In this document: positions 19,651 through 28,898 of the stretch, piece by piece
Layout of the letters: each line of letters opens with the position of its first letter
Numbering within the stretch: the first letter of the stretch is position 1
Assembly: GCA_044867425.1 (NCBI GenBank)
Contig: JBIOUX010000035.1
Location: forward strand, 11,477 to 75,476
Direction: 5' to 3'
Origin: Acidimicrobiia bacterium
GTDB taxonomy: Bacteria; Actinomycetota; Acidimicrobiia; IMCC26256; BP-133
Length of the DNA: 64,000 bases
The notes under the pieces: model-generated
The model's input: the letters and a program-made list of their open reading frames with translations, nothing else
Databases searched by the model: none
Told to the model about the DNA's origin: nothing
Position numbers and translations under genes: made by a program

Positions 19651-20343
19651 AATCGTGAAACCGCAAGCAAGCCTGCGGACACTAGAAACGCACACGTCCG
19701 CCTGATATACGTTGCCCTTGCGATATTGGGGATCGTGGGCTGCGCGGGAGAAAGCGGCGGCAGTGGTTTCGCCGAGGCGCGGCAGACTTACGAGCAGGAA
19801 GCCTCTGAGCGCGCCGACACTTTGGCTGGTCTGATGGCGGATGCGTACGTCGGACAGGCCTCCTCGGGTGTTCCTAGTCTCAACACCGTGGCCGAGCAGT
19901 TCGAAGGACAAGTCTCAGGCCTCAATGAGTTCCTCTGCGACCGCGTCGAGGTCTTGGCAAAGCAGGCTGGCTCCGGGGACACCAGAGCGAGTCGCCTCGA
20001 CGATGTCCGAGTCGCAACGGAGGAGATTGTGCAGGACGCAGTCGCAGGAGCACTCCTTGAAAAGGCCTTGTCTGCCCCCGCCGAACAGCGGGACCAGCTT
20101 CTCGACGGCCTTGGCGTCGAGGGCTCCGCACCGGATGGCACCGCACTTCGGGGCACGGCTGCTCTCCAAGACGTTGGGCTTCTCGACGGTCAGGGGCGTC
20201 TCAAGATCCCAGAACGAGAGACGGACGCGCATATCCGCTATGAGAGATGGGCATTCGGAGAGGCCCGAAGCTTCGGAGGAAGCGTCAGCAAGCTTATCGC
20301 CGGCACAAGAGCGAAGCTCGAGCAATGCACCTCTTCCGCGTGA
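19507..20343 (+). CDS. Lipoprotein Lip2 (array member, subfamily B); true start uncertain, probably near 19690
   Basis: Lipobox IVGC; LNEFLC, LLDGQGRLKIP, Y-x-x-W and terminal Cys shared with the family. Confidence 0.72.
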   Translation: MEHSLRPRRPAKEAKATAVVNQALREYESASAAEAEKYAEPVAVAHLQNRETASKPADTRNAHVRLIYVALAILGIVGCAGESGGSGFAEARQTYEQEASERADTLAGLMADAYVGQASSGVPSLNTVAEQFEGQVSGLNEFLCDRVEVLAKQAGSGDTRASRLDDVRVATEEIVQDAVAGALLEKALSAPAEQRDQLLDGLGVEGSAPDGTALRGTAALQDVGLLDGQGRLKIPERETDAHIRYERWAFGEARSFGGSVSKLIAGTRAKLEQCTSSA

Positions 20344-20392
20344 TCCGATACAACGGAACTAGAGAACCGGATTGTGGCTAGCTGATAACGAT

Positions 20393-21692
20393 CAGCGTCT
20401 GGAGGGGGGCGCTGCGCGACGGGTTCATGGCCTGGATCGTCCACGCCCTGGATTTCTCGATGCGGAACCAGCTGGCCGAGGGCGTGCGGCTGGTGGCCCG
20501 GTCCCTGTTCAACCGGGCGGCTGACATCGAACGGGCCCAGCAGGCCATGGCCGCCGGCCAGGTCGGCGTGGTGGGCCCCGGGATGCCCGCCCCGCTCAAC
20601 TACACCCCGGGGACACCGCCCCCCTATGGCGACATCGGGGATGGAACGACGGCCCCTCAGTTCGATCCCGAGCAGCTGAGAGGGCTCTCCCACCTGCTGC
20701 ATGCCACTGCTGACGAGGTGTCCAACTTCGCCCGCACCATTGACGCGCCCGCACCATTGACGCGGCACTCGCCCCGCCGCCGCCACCGCCGCCGCCGGGT
20801 GCGCCGCCGGCGGTCAGTCCCGTCCCTCCCGACGCCGAAGCCGCCGTCGGCTTCCCCAGGCGTACTTGGAGATCGCCAACCAGCTCCGCAACGCCGCCAA
20901 CGACCTCGCCAAGCGCGTCGACGCCATGATGCCTACCGGGACGAGCCCCTGGCCTCGACCACCATCGACCTCGGCATCGTCGGCCGGGCTGCCGGCGGCG
21001 GCGCCGCCGCCATCGCCACCGGCGCCGCCGCCGCCGCCGACCAGGTGCCGCAACCTCCGGTCGAAGAGCAGCAACGCGACGCCGAAGCGCTGGCCCGGGA
21101 CTACCCCCCGGACAAGGTGCTGGACGATCCCCGCGAACTCCAGAAACTGGCCACAGAGCTGGAGAAGCACGAAGGCCACGAGGCGTTCGCGGCACGGTTC
21201 GTCGAGAAGTTCGGGGCGACAAATCTGACCGCCGTTCCTCGCACGCTGCAGGCATGGCAGAACGGATGGCAGATCGGCCGGGAGACTTCGACTCCAAACC
21301 AGCGAAACCTGTTCTACGGCAAGCCCCAACGTGAACCCACCAAGCAGGACATCGAAAGTGTCCTCTACGCCTTCTCCGGCACCCTCGCCACGGCCACCCA
21401 TCGCAGCCCCAAGCTCGAGACCGAGTTGGACAAGCTGGCCAACACCAAGGACCCGCTGGCTCTCTCCTGGCTGCTCAGCGACCACAACGCGCACTTCGAC
21501 GCCGATTTCCTCGTGGACGCTTTCGAGCACGGCGTGAAGGACGTGATCCTCAAAGAGGCCAGCGACAACTATCTTGCCTGGTGCGACCAACCATGGAACA
21601 CGATAGCTGAACGTGCACACCGAATGGCTGATAAGGCTACGGCTGAGATGCATCAGTGTATGACTGAGATCGGTTGGATAGAATCCTCGTGA
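20393..21692 (+). pseudogene. Degenerate second effector cassette: copy of effector 15758-16955 fused to a different C-terminal tail
   Basis: High nucleotide identity to the effector starting at the SVWRG codons; no original start; 17-bp tandem duplication at 20731-20764; frameshifts; large internal deletion; tail NYLAWCDQPWN...HQCMTEIGWIESS. Confidence 0.8.
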
Positions 21693-21747
21693 ACGTTCCC
21701 GAGGAGACCAAAATTGTCCAGCGCTTAGGATCACGAACTCGTGAAAC

Positions 21748-22467
21748 ATGGAGGGCGCAGCATTGATATCCGCCATTGGTAAGCCGCATCTTCTGCGAGC
21801 TTCGAGATTGCTCGCTGGAACGCTCGGCGTGGTCGTTCTTGTGGCCTGCTCTAGTGGACCCTCTAAAGGAAGCACAGACCAGGGAGCCCTTGACACTGTC
21901 TTCCAGGAGATTCGACCATCGACGGCGGAGTGGGCAGCAACCCTGGCTGCGGAATTGCAGCGCCGACGCCAAGACGGCGAGATCGACATGGAGGCGATGC
22001 GAGGACTCGCGGGGCGCACTGGAATGCCTCTCTCGGACTCGATCTGCACGACTATCAAGGAAAACGACAGCATCGCCAACTCAGAGGAAGATGCAGAGTC
22101 GGCCAAGGAAGTTCTGCATGACTTTGTCGATCGCGAAGTGATGGTAGCTATAGCCAAGTATCCGGTTCTTCTTTACGACCTCAAGGTCCAGTGGCCGCCC
22201 TCTTGGCTTTTAGATCGGTCCCGTCAGCCCGACTATACGGCGCCGATTGAAGGCATCAACCCGGAATACCTTAAGGCTTCTCTTCGCCCTGAATTCGTCG
22301 CTGGCGATGGCTCGGCAGTCCTGCCTGACCGTGGAAGCAAGGAGTATGAAAACTTTCTCGCCTGGAAGCACCTTGCGAAGAACAATACTTTGGCCGCACG
22401 CGGCTACGCTTTGTCAGGTACGGTCGATGACGCCATCACCGATTGCATTGACCGGCTTTCCGACTAG
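21748..22467 (+). CDS. Lipoprotein Lip3 (array member, subfamily C)
   Basis: Lipobox LVAC; central SIC; KYPVLL, WPPSWL, LRPEFV, YENFLAW, terminal DC. Confidence 0.8.
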   Translation: MEGAALISAIGKPHLLRASRLLAGTLGVVVLVACSSGPSKGSTDQGALDTVFQEIRPSTAEWAATLAAELQRRRQDGEIDMEAMRGLAGRTGMPLSDSICTTIKENDSIANSEEDAESAKEVLHDFVDREVMVAIAKYPVLLYDLKVQWPPSWLLDRSRQPDYTAPIEGINPEYLKASLRPEFVAGDGSAVLPDRGSKEYENFLAWKHLAKNNTLAARGYALSGTVDDAITDCIDRLSD

Positions 22468-22503
22468 AAGGCGAAAGATCGTGCTTGGTGATGAACTTGT
22501 CTG

Positions 22504-23310
22504 TTGCATTTTGGCACAGCGGTGTGTCAGCTAAGCATATTGTGGTTCAAGTCCGTGGGCGCCCGAACGGCATACCAACGTCGGCCTTGCAATATTCGGT
22601 TCCCGGCCTGCACCCTCCGAGTCAACGAGCACGATCGGCCCGTTGGCTTGTTCATCGCCATCGGCATCAGCGCGGCCCTTGCCGCATCCGCGTGCTCCGA
22701 AGGGTCGTCGAAGGAGGAGCGTTACCGAGCCGCCGTGAGCAACGTCTGGGCGTCCATTCGGCCAGCGACCGCTCAATGGGCGGTCAATGTCTCTTCGGAG
22801 ATGAGAGACCAGCTACAGACAGCGGGCGCGCTTGATCTTGTATCGGTGCAAGGCGATGCGGGGCGTAGTGGCGAACCGGTAGCCAACTCGGCCTGCGAAG
22901 CCGTCAAAAAGAACGATGACGTCGCCGCCTTGGATAACCCTACTGAACCGGCCAGAGAACTCAGGATGCTCATCGCCAGGGAGTTCATGCTCGCTATCGG
23001 CAAACAACCCAGCCTCATTTATGACCTCAAATTGACATGGCCGCCTTCCTGGCTACAAGACCCTTCAAGGCAACCAGACACCACTGCTCCCATTCAGGGA
23101 CTCGACCCTCAATGGCTTCGAGGGCTCCTGCGACCGGAATTCGTTGCGGAAGACGGCGGAGTCCGGTTCCCCGAGCCAGGAGATCCGCAGTATAGGAATT
23201 TTCTCGCTTGGGCCGACCAGAGCGACAACGGCTTGGCGGCTAGGGCAGGGTCTCTCACACGGAGCGTCACGGACAAGATCGAGGACTGCATTCGCGAGCT
23301 TCGGGATTAG
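22504..23310 (+). CDS. Lipoprotein Lip4 (array member, subfamily C); start uncertain
   Basis: Lipobox ASAC; WPPSWLQDPSRQPD, LRPEFVAEDGGVRFP, YRNFLAW; close paralogue of Lip3. Confidence 0.78.
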   Translation: MHFGTAVCQLSILWFKSVGARTAYQRRPCNIRFPACTLRVNEHDRPVGLFIAIGISAALAASACSEGSSKEERYRAAVSNVWASIRPATAQWAVNVSSEMRDQLQTAGALDLVSVQGDAGRSGEPVANSACEAVKKNDDVAALDNPTEPARELRMLIAREFMLAIGKQPSLIYDLKLTWPPSWLQDPSRQPDTTAPIQGLDPQWLRGLLRPEFVAEDGGVRFPEPGDPQYRNFLAWADQSDNGLAARAGSLTRSVTDKIEDCIRELRD

Positions 23311-23313
23311 AAG

Positions 23314-24000
23314 TTGTTGACCATCAATCGCGTCATTGCAAAATCCAGATGCGCTGCCGCTTTCGGCTTGGCTGGCTCTCTTTTCGTGTTCTCGGGCTGT
23401 TCGGGAGGAAGCAGCGGCGGGAACTTTGAGGAAAACCTTGCTTCCTATGCGCCGGCGTACAGGCCGGGTAGATATCCTTGCCGAGCCCTTGGCGGTCAGT
23501 TATGTAGGCAAATTAGCGGCAGGCGACACGGACCCCTCACCGGAAGTACTCGAGGAATTTTCGCGATGATCTCTCCGGCCTCGGCGATTTTCTCTGTCAG
23601 CGTCTCCGGGCGCTCCAGGATGCTGCGGGCTCCAGAGAGAGCAAAGAGAAGAACATGCTCGCGGCGGACGAGGTCTCAGAGCGAATCATCAGAGACGGCG
23701 TCATCGCCGCCCTCCTCAACCGCGCCCTCGCCGCCCCACCCGAGCAACGGGACCAACTTCTGGAACTTCTCCACGTTAAGGCCATCGCTCCCGACGGGTC
23801 TGAGTTGAGGGGCACGGCTGCCCTTCAGGACGCAGGTCTCTTCGATGGTCAAGGAAACGTTCGCATTCCGGATCGGTAATACGCCGCAATACACCCAATA
23901 CTTGGATTGGTCTACGGATGAGGCTACGGGCCTCGCAGGTTTCAAACTAGTCAGAGGCGTGAAGTCCAGAATTCAGGAATGTGCCGCTCCAAGACCATAA
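23314..24000 (+). pseudogene. Frameshifted lipoprotein Lip5 (subfamily B)
   Basis: Lipobox FSGC; segments ILAEPLAVSY / LGDFLCQR...APDGSELRGTAALQDAGLFDGQG / YLDWSTDE...RIQEC lie in different frames; homologous to Lip2. Confidence 0.75.
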
Positions 24001-24032
24001 TTGCTCGCCGTGCGAAGTGCGGGGACATCGCG

Positions 24033-25094
24033 TCATCCGCCCTTGGCCGCCAAACCCATCACGTGGACCTTGCGCGGTCCCCACAGGTACAGGTTGCCGT
24101 CGGCGCCCATCGTCATCCGGGCCACCGTCTCGAGCATCCGCTTGGGGGCCTTGATGTCGGAATCCCCCCTCTCGGCGAGGACGACAACCCGTTCGTCGTC
24201 CTGCGAGATGCCATACACCACGCCGGTCTTCGGGTCGACGGCGATCCCCCGCCGTCCGAAACCGCCTTCCACGTCCTCGGGCGTCTCGCCGAGGCGAGCG
24301 GACATCATGCGACCGCTTCCGGCCTCGAGGGGTCGCCCCGAGTAGAGCTGGCCGTCGGCGATCCACAGCTGACCGTCTGAAGAGTCGAAGGCGATCCCGC
24401 CGATCGAGTTGTAGTGGTAGCCAGCCAGTCCGGCGTCCGGATTGTTGGGGGGCTTGGGGTCGCCCTCCTTCCGGGGCCCGCCGGTCACGGTCGTGGCCCG
24501 TCCGAAGCGGTCGATGCGGTCGACCTTGTGGGTGTCGGCCAGGTAGATGTCGTCGGAGCGCTCGTCGATGGCGATGCCGACAAGGACGCGGCTCAATCCC
24601 GGAGGGTTGGAGGAGGCCACGGCAAAGGGGCCGGTGTAGTTGAGGATGAGTCCGCTGGTGTCTTCCCGTATGAATCTGAGGCTCTCCCGGCGGGAGCCAG
24701 TGACGGCCTGGTAGAGCGTCCCGCCGCCGCTCACGGCGAGCGCTGTGGTCGTCCCGCCCTTGTCGACGGTCGGCTTCCCCGACCGGGGCAACGTCACGAG
24801 GCGGCCCTTGTCGAAGTCCTGGAAGAGCTTGCCCCCCTCCAGTTGCTCCTTCTTCGGCGCGATGCCGAGATGGACGGTCCCGTCGGCGGCGACGGCCAAG
24901 GCGCTGACATACTCCCGATCAGGGTCGAAGTCGATCCCGACCTCAGCGGCGTCGAAGAGCTCGATCACCTTCCCGTGCTTGGCCTGCGGGAACCGTTCCG
25001 CCCCAGAGCAGGACGGCACCGCGCCCACCAGGACGGCCAGGATCATCGCCCAGCCTCGGCCGCCCCGCCACGAGGCGCACCCGGAGCGCCTCAC
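24033..25094 (-). CDS. Secreted/lipoprotein NHL-like beta-propeller protein
   Basis: Signal with VPSC; repeats GIAIDE..IYLAD, GIAFDS..LWIAD, GIAVDP. Confidence 0.7.
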   Translation of the reverse strand: MRRSGCASWRGGRGWAMILAVLVGAVPSCSGAERFPQAKHGKVIELFDAAEVGIDFDPDREYVSALAVAADGTVHLGIAPKKEQLEGGKLFQDFDKGRLVTLPRSGKPTVDKGGTTTALAVSGGGTLYQAVTGSRRESLRFIREDTSGLILNYTGPFAVASSNPPGLSRVLVGIAIDERSDDIYLADTHKVDRIDRFGRATTVTGGPRKEGDPKPPNNPDAGLAGYHYNSIGGIAFDSSDGQLWIADGQLYSGRPLEAGSGRMMSARLGETPEDVEGGFGRRGIAVDPKTGVVYGISQDDERVVVLAERGDSDIKAPKRMLETVARMTMGADGNLYLWGPRKVHVMGLAAKGG

Positions 25095-26194
25095 TTGCGG
25101 ACCTTGCCTTTGAGGTCAGTCCGGATCTCGGAGATGACCTCGCCACCGGCCTCCATGTAGGAGCCGAACCCGAAGATGGCGTACAGGTTGCCTTTCGAGT
25201 CGAAGGTGAAGCGCTCGTCGAGGTCGTCCGAACCGGAGAGGAACAGGAGATCTCCCTTGCGGTCGAGGCGGGCGACGCCCTCGTCGGAGGCGGCGTTGAT
25301 CACCGAGAAGTACAACTTCTTCCGCTTGACATCGAACCGGACTCCCCCGGTGAAGCTGACCTCCGGGAACAACAGAAAATGGGCCATTCCGGAGCTATCG
25401 ATGCGGATGAGCTCGCTGCCGCCGCCGATGTAGAGGTCACCCATGTCCGGGTCGTAGGCGATCCCCTCCACGCCGTCGTACCCGTCGAAGCGCAAATCCT
25501 TGGCCGGCACCGGCTGCGCGGCGGCGACCGCGTCTTTGGGGCTGACACCGGGCGAGGTGCGCTCCTCCCCGCGGGCGCCGCTGATCGTCGACATCCGGCC
25601 GTCCGTTTCGAAACGGTCCACCTTGTGTCCGTCGCTCAGAAAGAGCGCTCCAGTCCCCGGATCGACCGCCATCCGAACGACCTCGTCGAGGCCGGGGTCG
25701 GTCACGGCGGTTCCGGGGATGGGCGCGTAGGACCCCAGCCGCCGGACGCGCCCGTCGGATGACCGAAGCGAGACAGTGGAGTTCCGGTCGGCGAGATAGA
25801 TCTCTCCTTCGGGCCCCAGGGCGATCGCCGTGAGTCCGGCGTCCGCATCCGAATTTGAAGGCAGGAGCTTCTGGACCTGGCCGGCGGTGGACACTGACAC
25901 GAGCGCTCCGCTCTTGAGGACTGCGTAGATGGTCTCCCCCGGCCCGACGGCGAAATCCTCGATGCTGGCGCCGAGCTCGTACCGATCCGTCACCTGAACG
26001 GTCTCCCCGGGGACGGGCGACGGACGGGAGGAGGAGGAGGAGTCGCCGCCGCGCACCATGATCAGCACCCCGGCGGCGAGCATGACGGCCACGACGGCGG
26101 CTGCGGTGCCGATCACGAGCCGGGAGCGACGGAACCTGCCCTGCCGCCCTGCCGGCGCCGTCTCAAGGGGAGCCTGCGGTTCCTCGACATTCAT
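25091..26194 (-). CDS. Membrane-anchored NHL-like beta-propeller protein
   Basis: GGAGG upstream of ATG 26194; TM helix; AIALGPEGEIYLAD, GIAYDP repeats; shares HKVDR motif with the downstream gene. Confidence 0.7.
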   Translation of the reverse strand: MNVEEPQAPLETAPAGRQGRFRRSRLVIGTAAAVVAVMLAAGVLIMVRGGDSSSSSRPSPVPGETVQVTDRYELGASIEDFAVGPGETIYAVLKSGALVSVSTAGQVQKLLPSNSDADAGLTAIALGPEGEIYLADRNSTVSLRSSDGRVRRLGSYAPIPGTAVTDPGLDEVVRMAVDPGTGALFLSDGHKVDRFETDGRMSTISGARGEERTSPGVSPKDAVAAAQPVPAKDLRFDGYDGVEGIAYDPDMGDLYIGGGSELIRIDSSGMAHFLLFPEVSFTGGVRFDVKRKKLYFSVINAASDEGVARLDRKGDLLFLSGSDDLDERFTFDSKGNLYAIFGFGSYMEAGGEVISEIRTDLKGKVRK

Positions 26195-26358
26195 GGCGAC
26201 CCTCGTGGTCCTCCGGTGTGGCGCGCGAAATCGTGCCATCAATCCCCCGAACGCGCTCACGAATTTCAACTCCAGAGCCTGCGTCGACGCCGGCTGACGG
26301 ATACAGGCAACCGCCCTATCGAAGAGTGTGCATTCACCCAGTGAAGCCACCAATGAAA

Positions 26359-26417
26359 CCCCATCCCGCGTTAACGAAACCCGGCTCCCACCCGGGTTCG
26401 GCTAACGCGCAACGGGG
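26359..26417. repeat. Palindromic REP-like element, copy 2
   Basis: cgcgttaacgaaacccggctcccacccgggttcggctaacgcg; reverse complement of the element at 3195-3256. Confidence 0.75.
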
Positions 26418-26541
26418 TCCATTGAAGCGTCGGCGAACGTCGGCGACGCCTGACAGATTCGGTCACAGGCTGCGGGTCAGAAAATAGGAATCCAACGCTT
26501 GGGATCGTCTGTAACCTGGCCCGCCGGCGAGGGAGGCGGAC

Positions 26542-28020
26542 ATGAATCGTCGAGTGGCGTGGGCATTGGCCGTGGTGCTGGTGGCGGCGGGGTGTGGTGG
26601 GTCGGAGAGCTCTGATTCCAGCTCGCCGGATCCGGAGCCGAAGTCGACCTCGACGTCGAAACGCGCCGCCGGGGCCAACGGGCCGATCGTGCTCGTCGAC
26701 TCTGAAGGCGCCCTCAGCGTGGTCGATCCCGCGGGAGAGGGCGCCCGACCGATCCAGGCCCCGGGAATCGACACCGGTGCCTGGTCGTCCGCCCTCCTGG
26801 CTCCCGGACTCGCCTTCTTCGAGACGGACGACGGGGGCCTGCTCCTGGTGGACGCGATCGCCGGAACGGCCGAGGTCATCTGGGAGGAGGTCGGCAGCTT
26901 CGACGACCCCCTCCAACTCGGGGGCGGGAAACGCTTCGCGCTCTTCACCGGGGAGGTCGACACGGAAGGGATCATCGTCGACCTGACCACCCACCGGAGC
27001 CGGCCGCTCCGTGACCTGATCACGGCCGACGACGCCGACCCGGAGAACTACAGCGCAGCCGGCTTCGCCCGGATCTCGCCCGATGAGCGCTTCCTCGCCA
27101 TCGAGGACGGCAACGACGTGCGGTTCTATACCCTCGAAGGCGGCACCGAGCTGACCCAGATCGGCGCCAGGACACCTGGCCGTTTCAACGGTTTCACGGC
27201 CGACGGGAAGTCGGCCTACGTGAGCGAGGGCCTGGCCGGCCCTGACGAGCCGCCCCGGTCCCGGCTCCGGCGACTGATGTTCGACGAAGGCGGCATGGAG
27301 GCGGCGCCGGTCGAAGTGGACGGGGGTGTGGTCGGAGTGGTGGGCGGATCGGCGCTCCTCCTCCAGGGGGCCGAGGAATCACCCCACTACTCACTCGTGG
27401 GTGACGACGGCCAACTCCGTCCGCTCGATCTCAGCCTCTCCGCCGGCGACAAAGGTATCGGCGTCGTCCCCACCGCCACCGCCGGCCATGCGGTGTTCGG
27501 CGTGAGTTCCTCCGAAGATGGCGCCTCGGCTCGATGGGGAGTGGTGGAGGAAGGCGGCCAGGTCCGGAGCTTCGACGACCTGAACGGCTTCCAGAGACTG
27601 CGCTCCGGGCGCGACTTCGTCTTCCTCACCGACATCGGCGCACTCCTTACCGGGGAAGGAGAGCGCAAGGGCTCCCTGGCGGTCATCGACGTCGAGGCGG
27701 GAAGCCGGCAGAAGACCAAGTTCGATTCGGAAGGGCACGAGCTCATCTCCCAGGGCGCGTCCCTCTCGCCCGACGGGTCCCGGGCGGCGGTGACCTCGAG
27801 GGACGACCCCCCGCTCACCTGGTTGGTCCCCCTCGACGGCGCCAAGGTGACCGAGATCAAAGGCAGCTTTGGGAAATGGTCACCCGACGGCACTCAACTC
27901 ATTGGTTTCCGGCTCGAGGGCGACACCGCCCACATCGTCATCCGTGCGGTGGGAGACGGCAAAGAACGCGACCTCGGCCCAGCGAGCGATGCCATCTGGA
28001 CACCGGCCGCTGCCGGCTGA
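26542..28020 (+). CDS. Lipoprotein, TolB-like beta-propeller
   Basis: GGGAGG RBS; lipobox AAGC; ISPDERFL, LSPDGSR, WSPDGTQL. Confidence 0.78.
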   Translation: MNRRVAWALAVVLVAAGCGGSESSDSSSPDPEPKSTSTSKRAAGANGPIVLVDSEGALSVVDPAGEGARPIQAPGIDTGAWSSALLAPGLAFFETDDGGLLLVDAIAGTAEVIWEEVGSFDDPLQLGGGKRFALFTGEVDTEGIIVDLTTHRSRPLRDLITADDADPENYSAAGFARISPDERFLAIEDGNDVRFYTLEGGTELTQIGARTPGRFNGFTADGKSAYVSEGLAGPDEPPRSRLRRLMFDEGGMEAAPVEVDGGVVGVVGGSALLLQGAEESPHYSLVGDDGQLRPLDLSLSAGDKGIGVVPTATAGHAVFGVSSSEDGASARWGVVEEGGQVRSFDDLNGFQRLRSGRDFVFLTDIGALLTGEGERKGSLAVIDVEAGSRQKTKFDSEGHELISQGASLSPDGSRAAVTSRDDPPLTWLVPLDGAKVTEIKGSFGKWSPDGTQLIGFRLEGDTAHIVIRAVGDGKERDLGPASDAIWTPAAAG

Positions 28021-28075
28021 CTCATCGAGAGCAGGCGCTGACTCCACACCCTCGCTCGCGACCGATCCTGGCGGC

Positions 28076-28771
28076 GTGACCCCGGGCCCAGGCCTCCATC
28101 CGTCCTCGATCGCTCGGGTGCGACGGTGTTGGGCGGCGCGGGTCGGAGTGCCTGACACAACGGACGGGACCTCAATCCGCCGCGATCGAGGCGACGTCTT
28201 CGTCGCCGTGCGGATCGCCGGTGCGGTTCTCGTGCGCGCTCCAGCGGCCCTGGCTGACGCCGTCATGGACTGGCCCGGCGAGCGCCTGCTCGATCCGGCC
28301 GCGTTGACGGCCGCGTTTGGCCGGGACGGCCGGGTGCTGGGGCCGGCGTCGCTCGCGTACGCCGACGCCGGATCGGTCGTCGCTCACCACACCGCCGCTG
28401 TCCCAATCGACCCAGGCGACAAGCGTCTCGCGCCCTTCGCCGCGACGATGAGCGCGGAGGAGTGGTACGAGTGCGGCCTTGGAGGCAACCTGGCGGGGTG
28501 CTTCGCAGTGACGATCAGCGACGCGCTCGTGGCGGTCGCCGGGTACGAGATGTGGGACGAGGCGCTAGCTCAGATCTGCGTCGCCTCTTCGGTTTCGGCG
28601 CGTCGGCAAGGGCATGCGAAGGCCGCCGCTTACGCCGCTGCCAACGACGCCATCAGTGCCGGTCTTGTTGGTCAGTGGCGCTCGGCCGCCGCGAACCCTG
28701 CGTCGGCCGCCCTCGGCCAGGCGCTCGGATTCGTCCGACTCGGTGAGCAGCTCACGATCGTTTTCGAGTAG
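28076..28771 (+). CDS. GNAT-family N-acetyltransferase
   Basis: ARRQGHA acetyl-CoA motif, NPASAAL..LGF. Confidence 0.75.
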   Translation: MTPGPGLHPSSIARVRRCWAARVGVPDTTDGTSIRRDRGDVFVAVRIAGAVLVRAPAALADAVMDWPGERLLDPAALTAAFGRDGRVLGPASLAYADAGSVVAHHTAAVPIDPGDKRLAPFAATMSAEEWYECGLGGNLAGCFAVTISDALVAVAGYEMWDEALAQICVASSVSARRQGHAKAAAYAAANDAISAGLVGQWRSAAANPASAALGQALGFVRLGEQLTIVFE

Positions 28772-28898
28772 TCCCTGCGCAGCTGACAAGGGGATTTCAT
28801 ACACAGGCCCGGGACGGGCCTTCCTGCCAAAGATTTCCAGCTGACGGGCGCGGCGGCGGCATGCCAGAATCCCGCCTCGAGAGAGGGGTCGGACAGGC

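Noticed and set aside
10200-28100. Integrative element or prophage explanation for the FtsK region
   Set aside because: No integrase, relaxase, transposase, phage gene or att-like flanking repeat seen; the FtsK is EssC-type next to a WXG100 gene.
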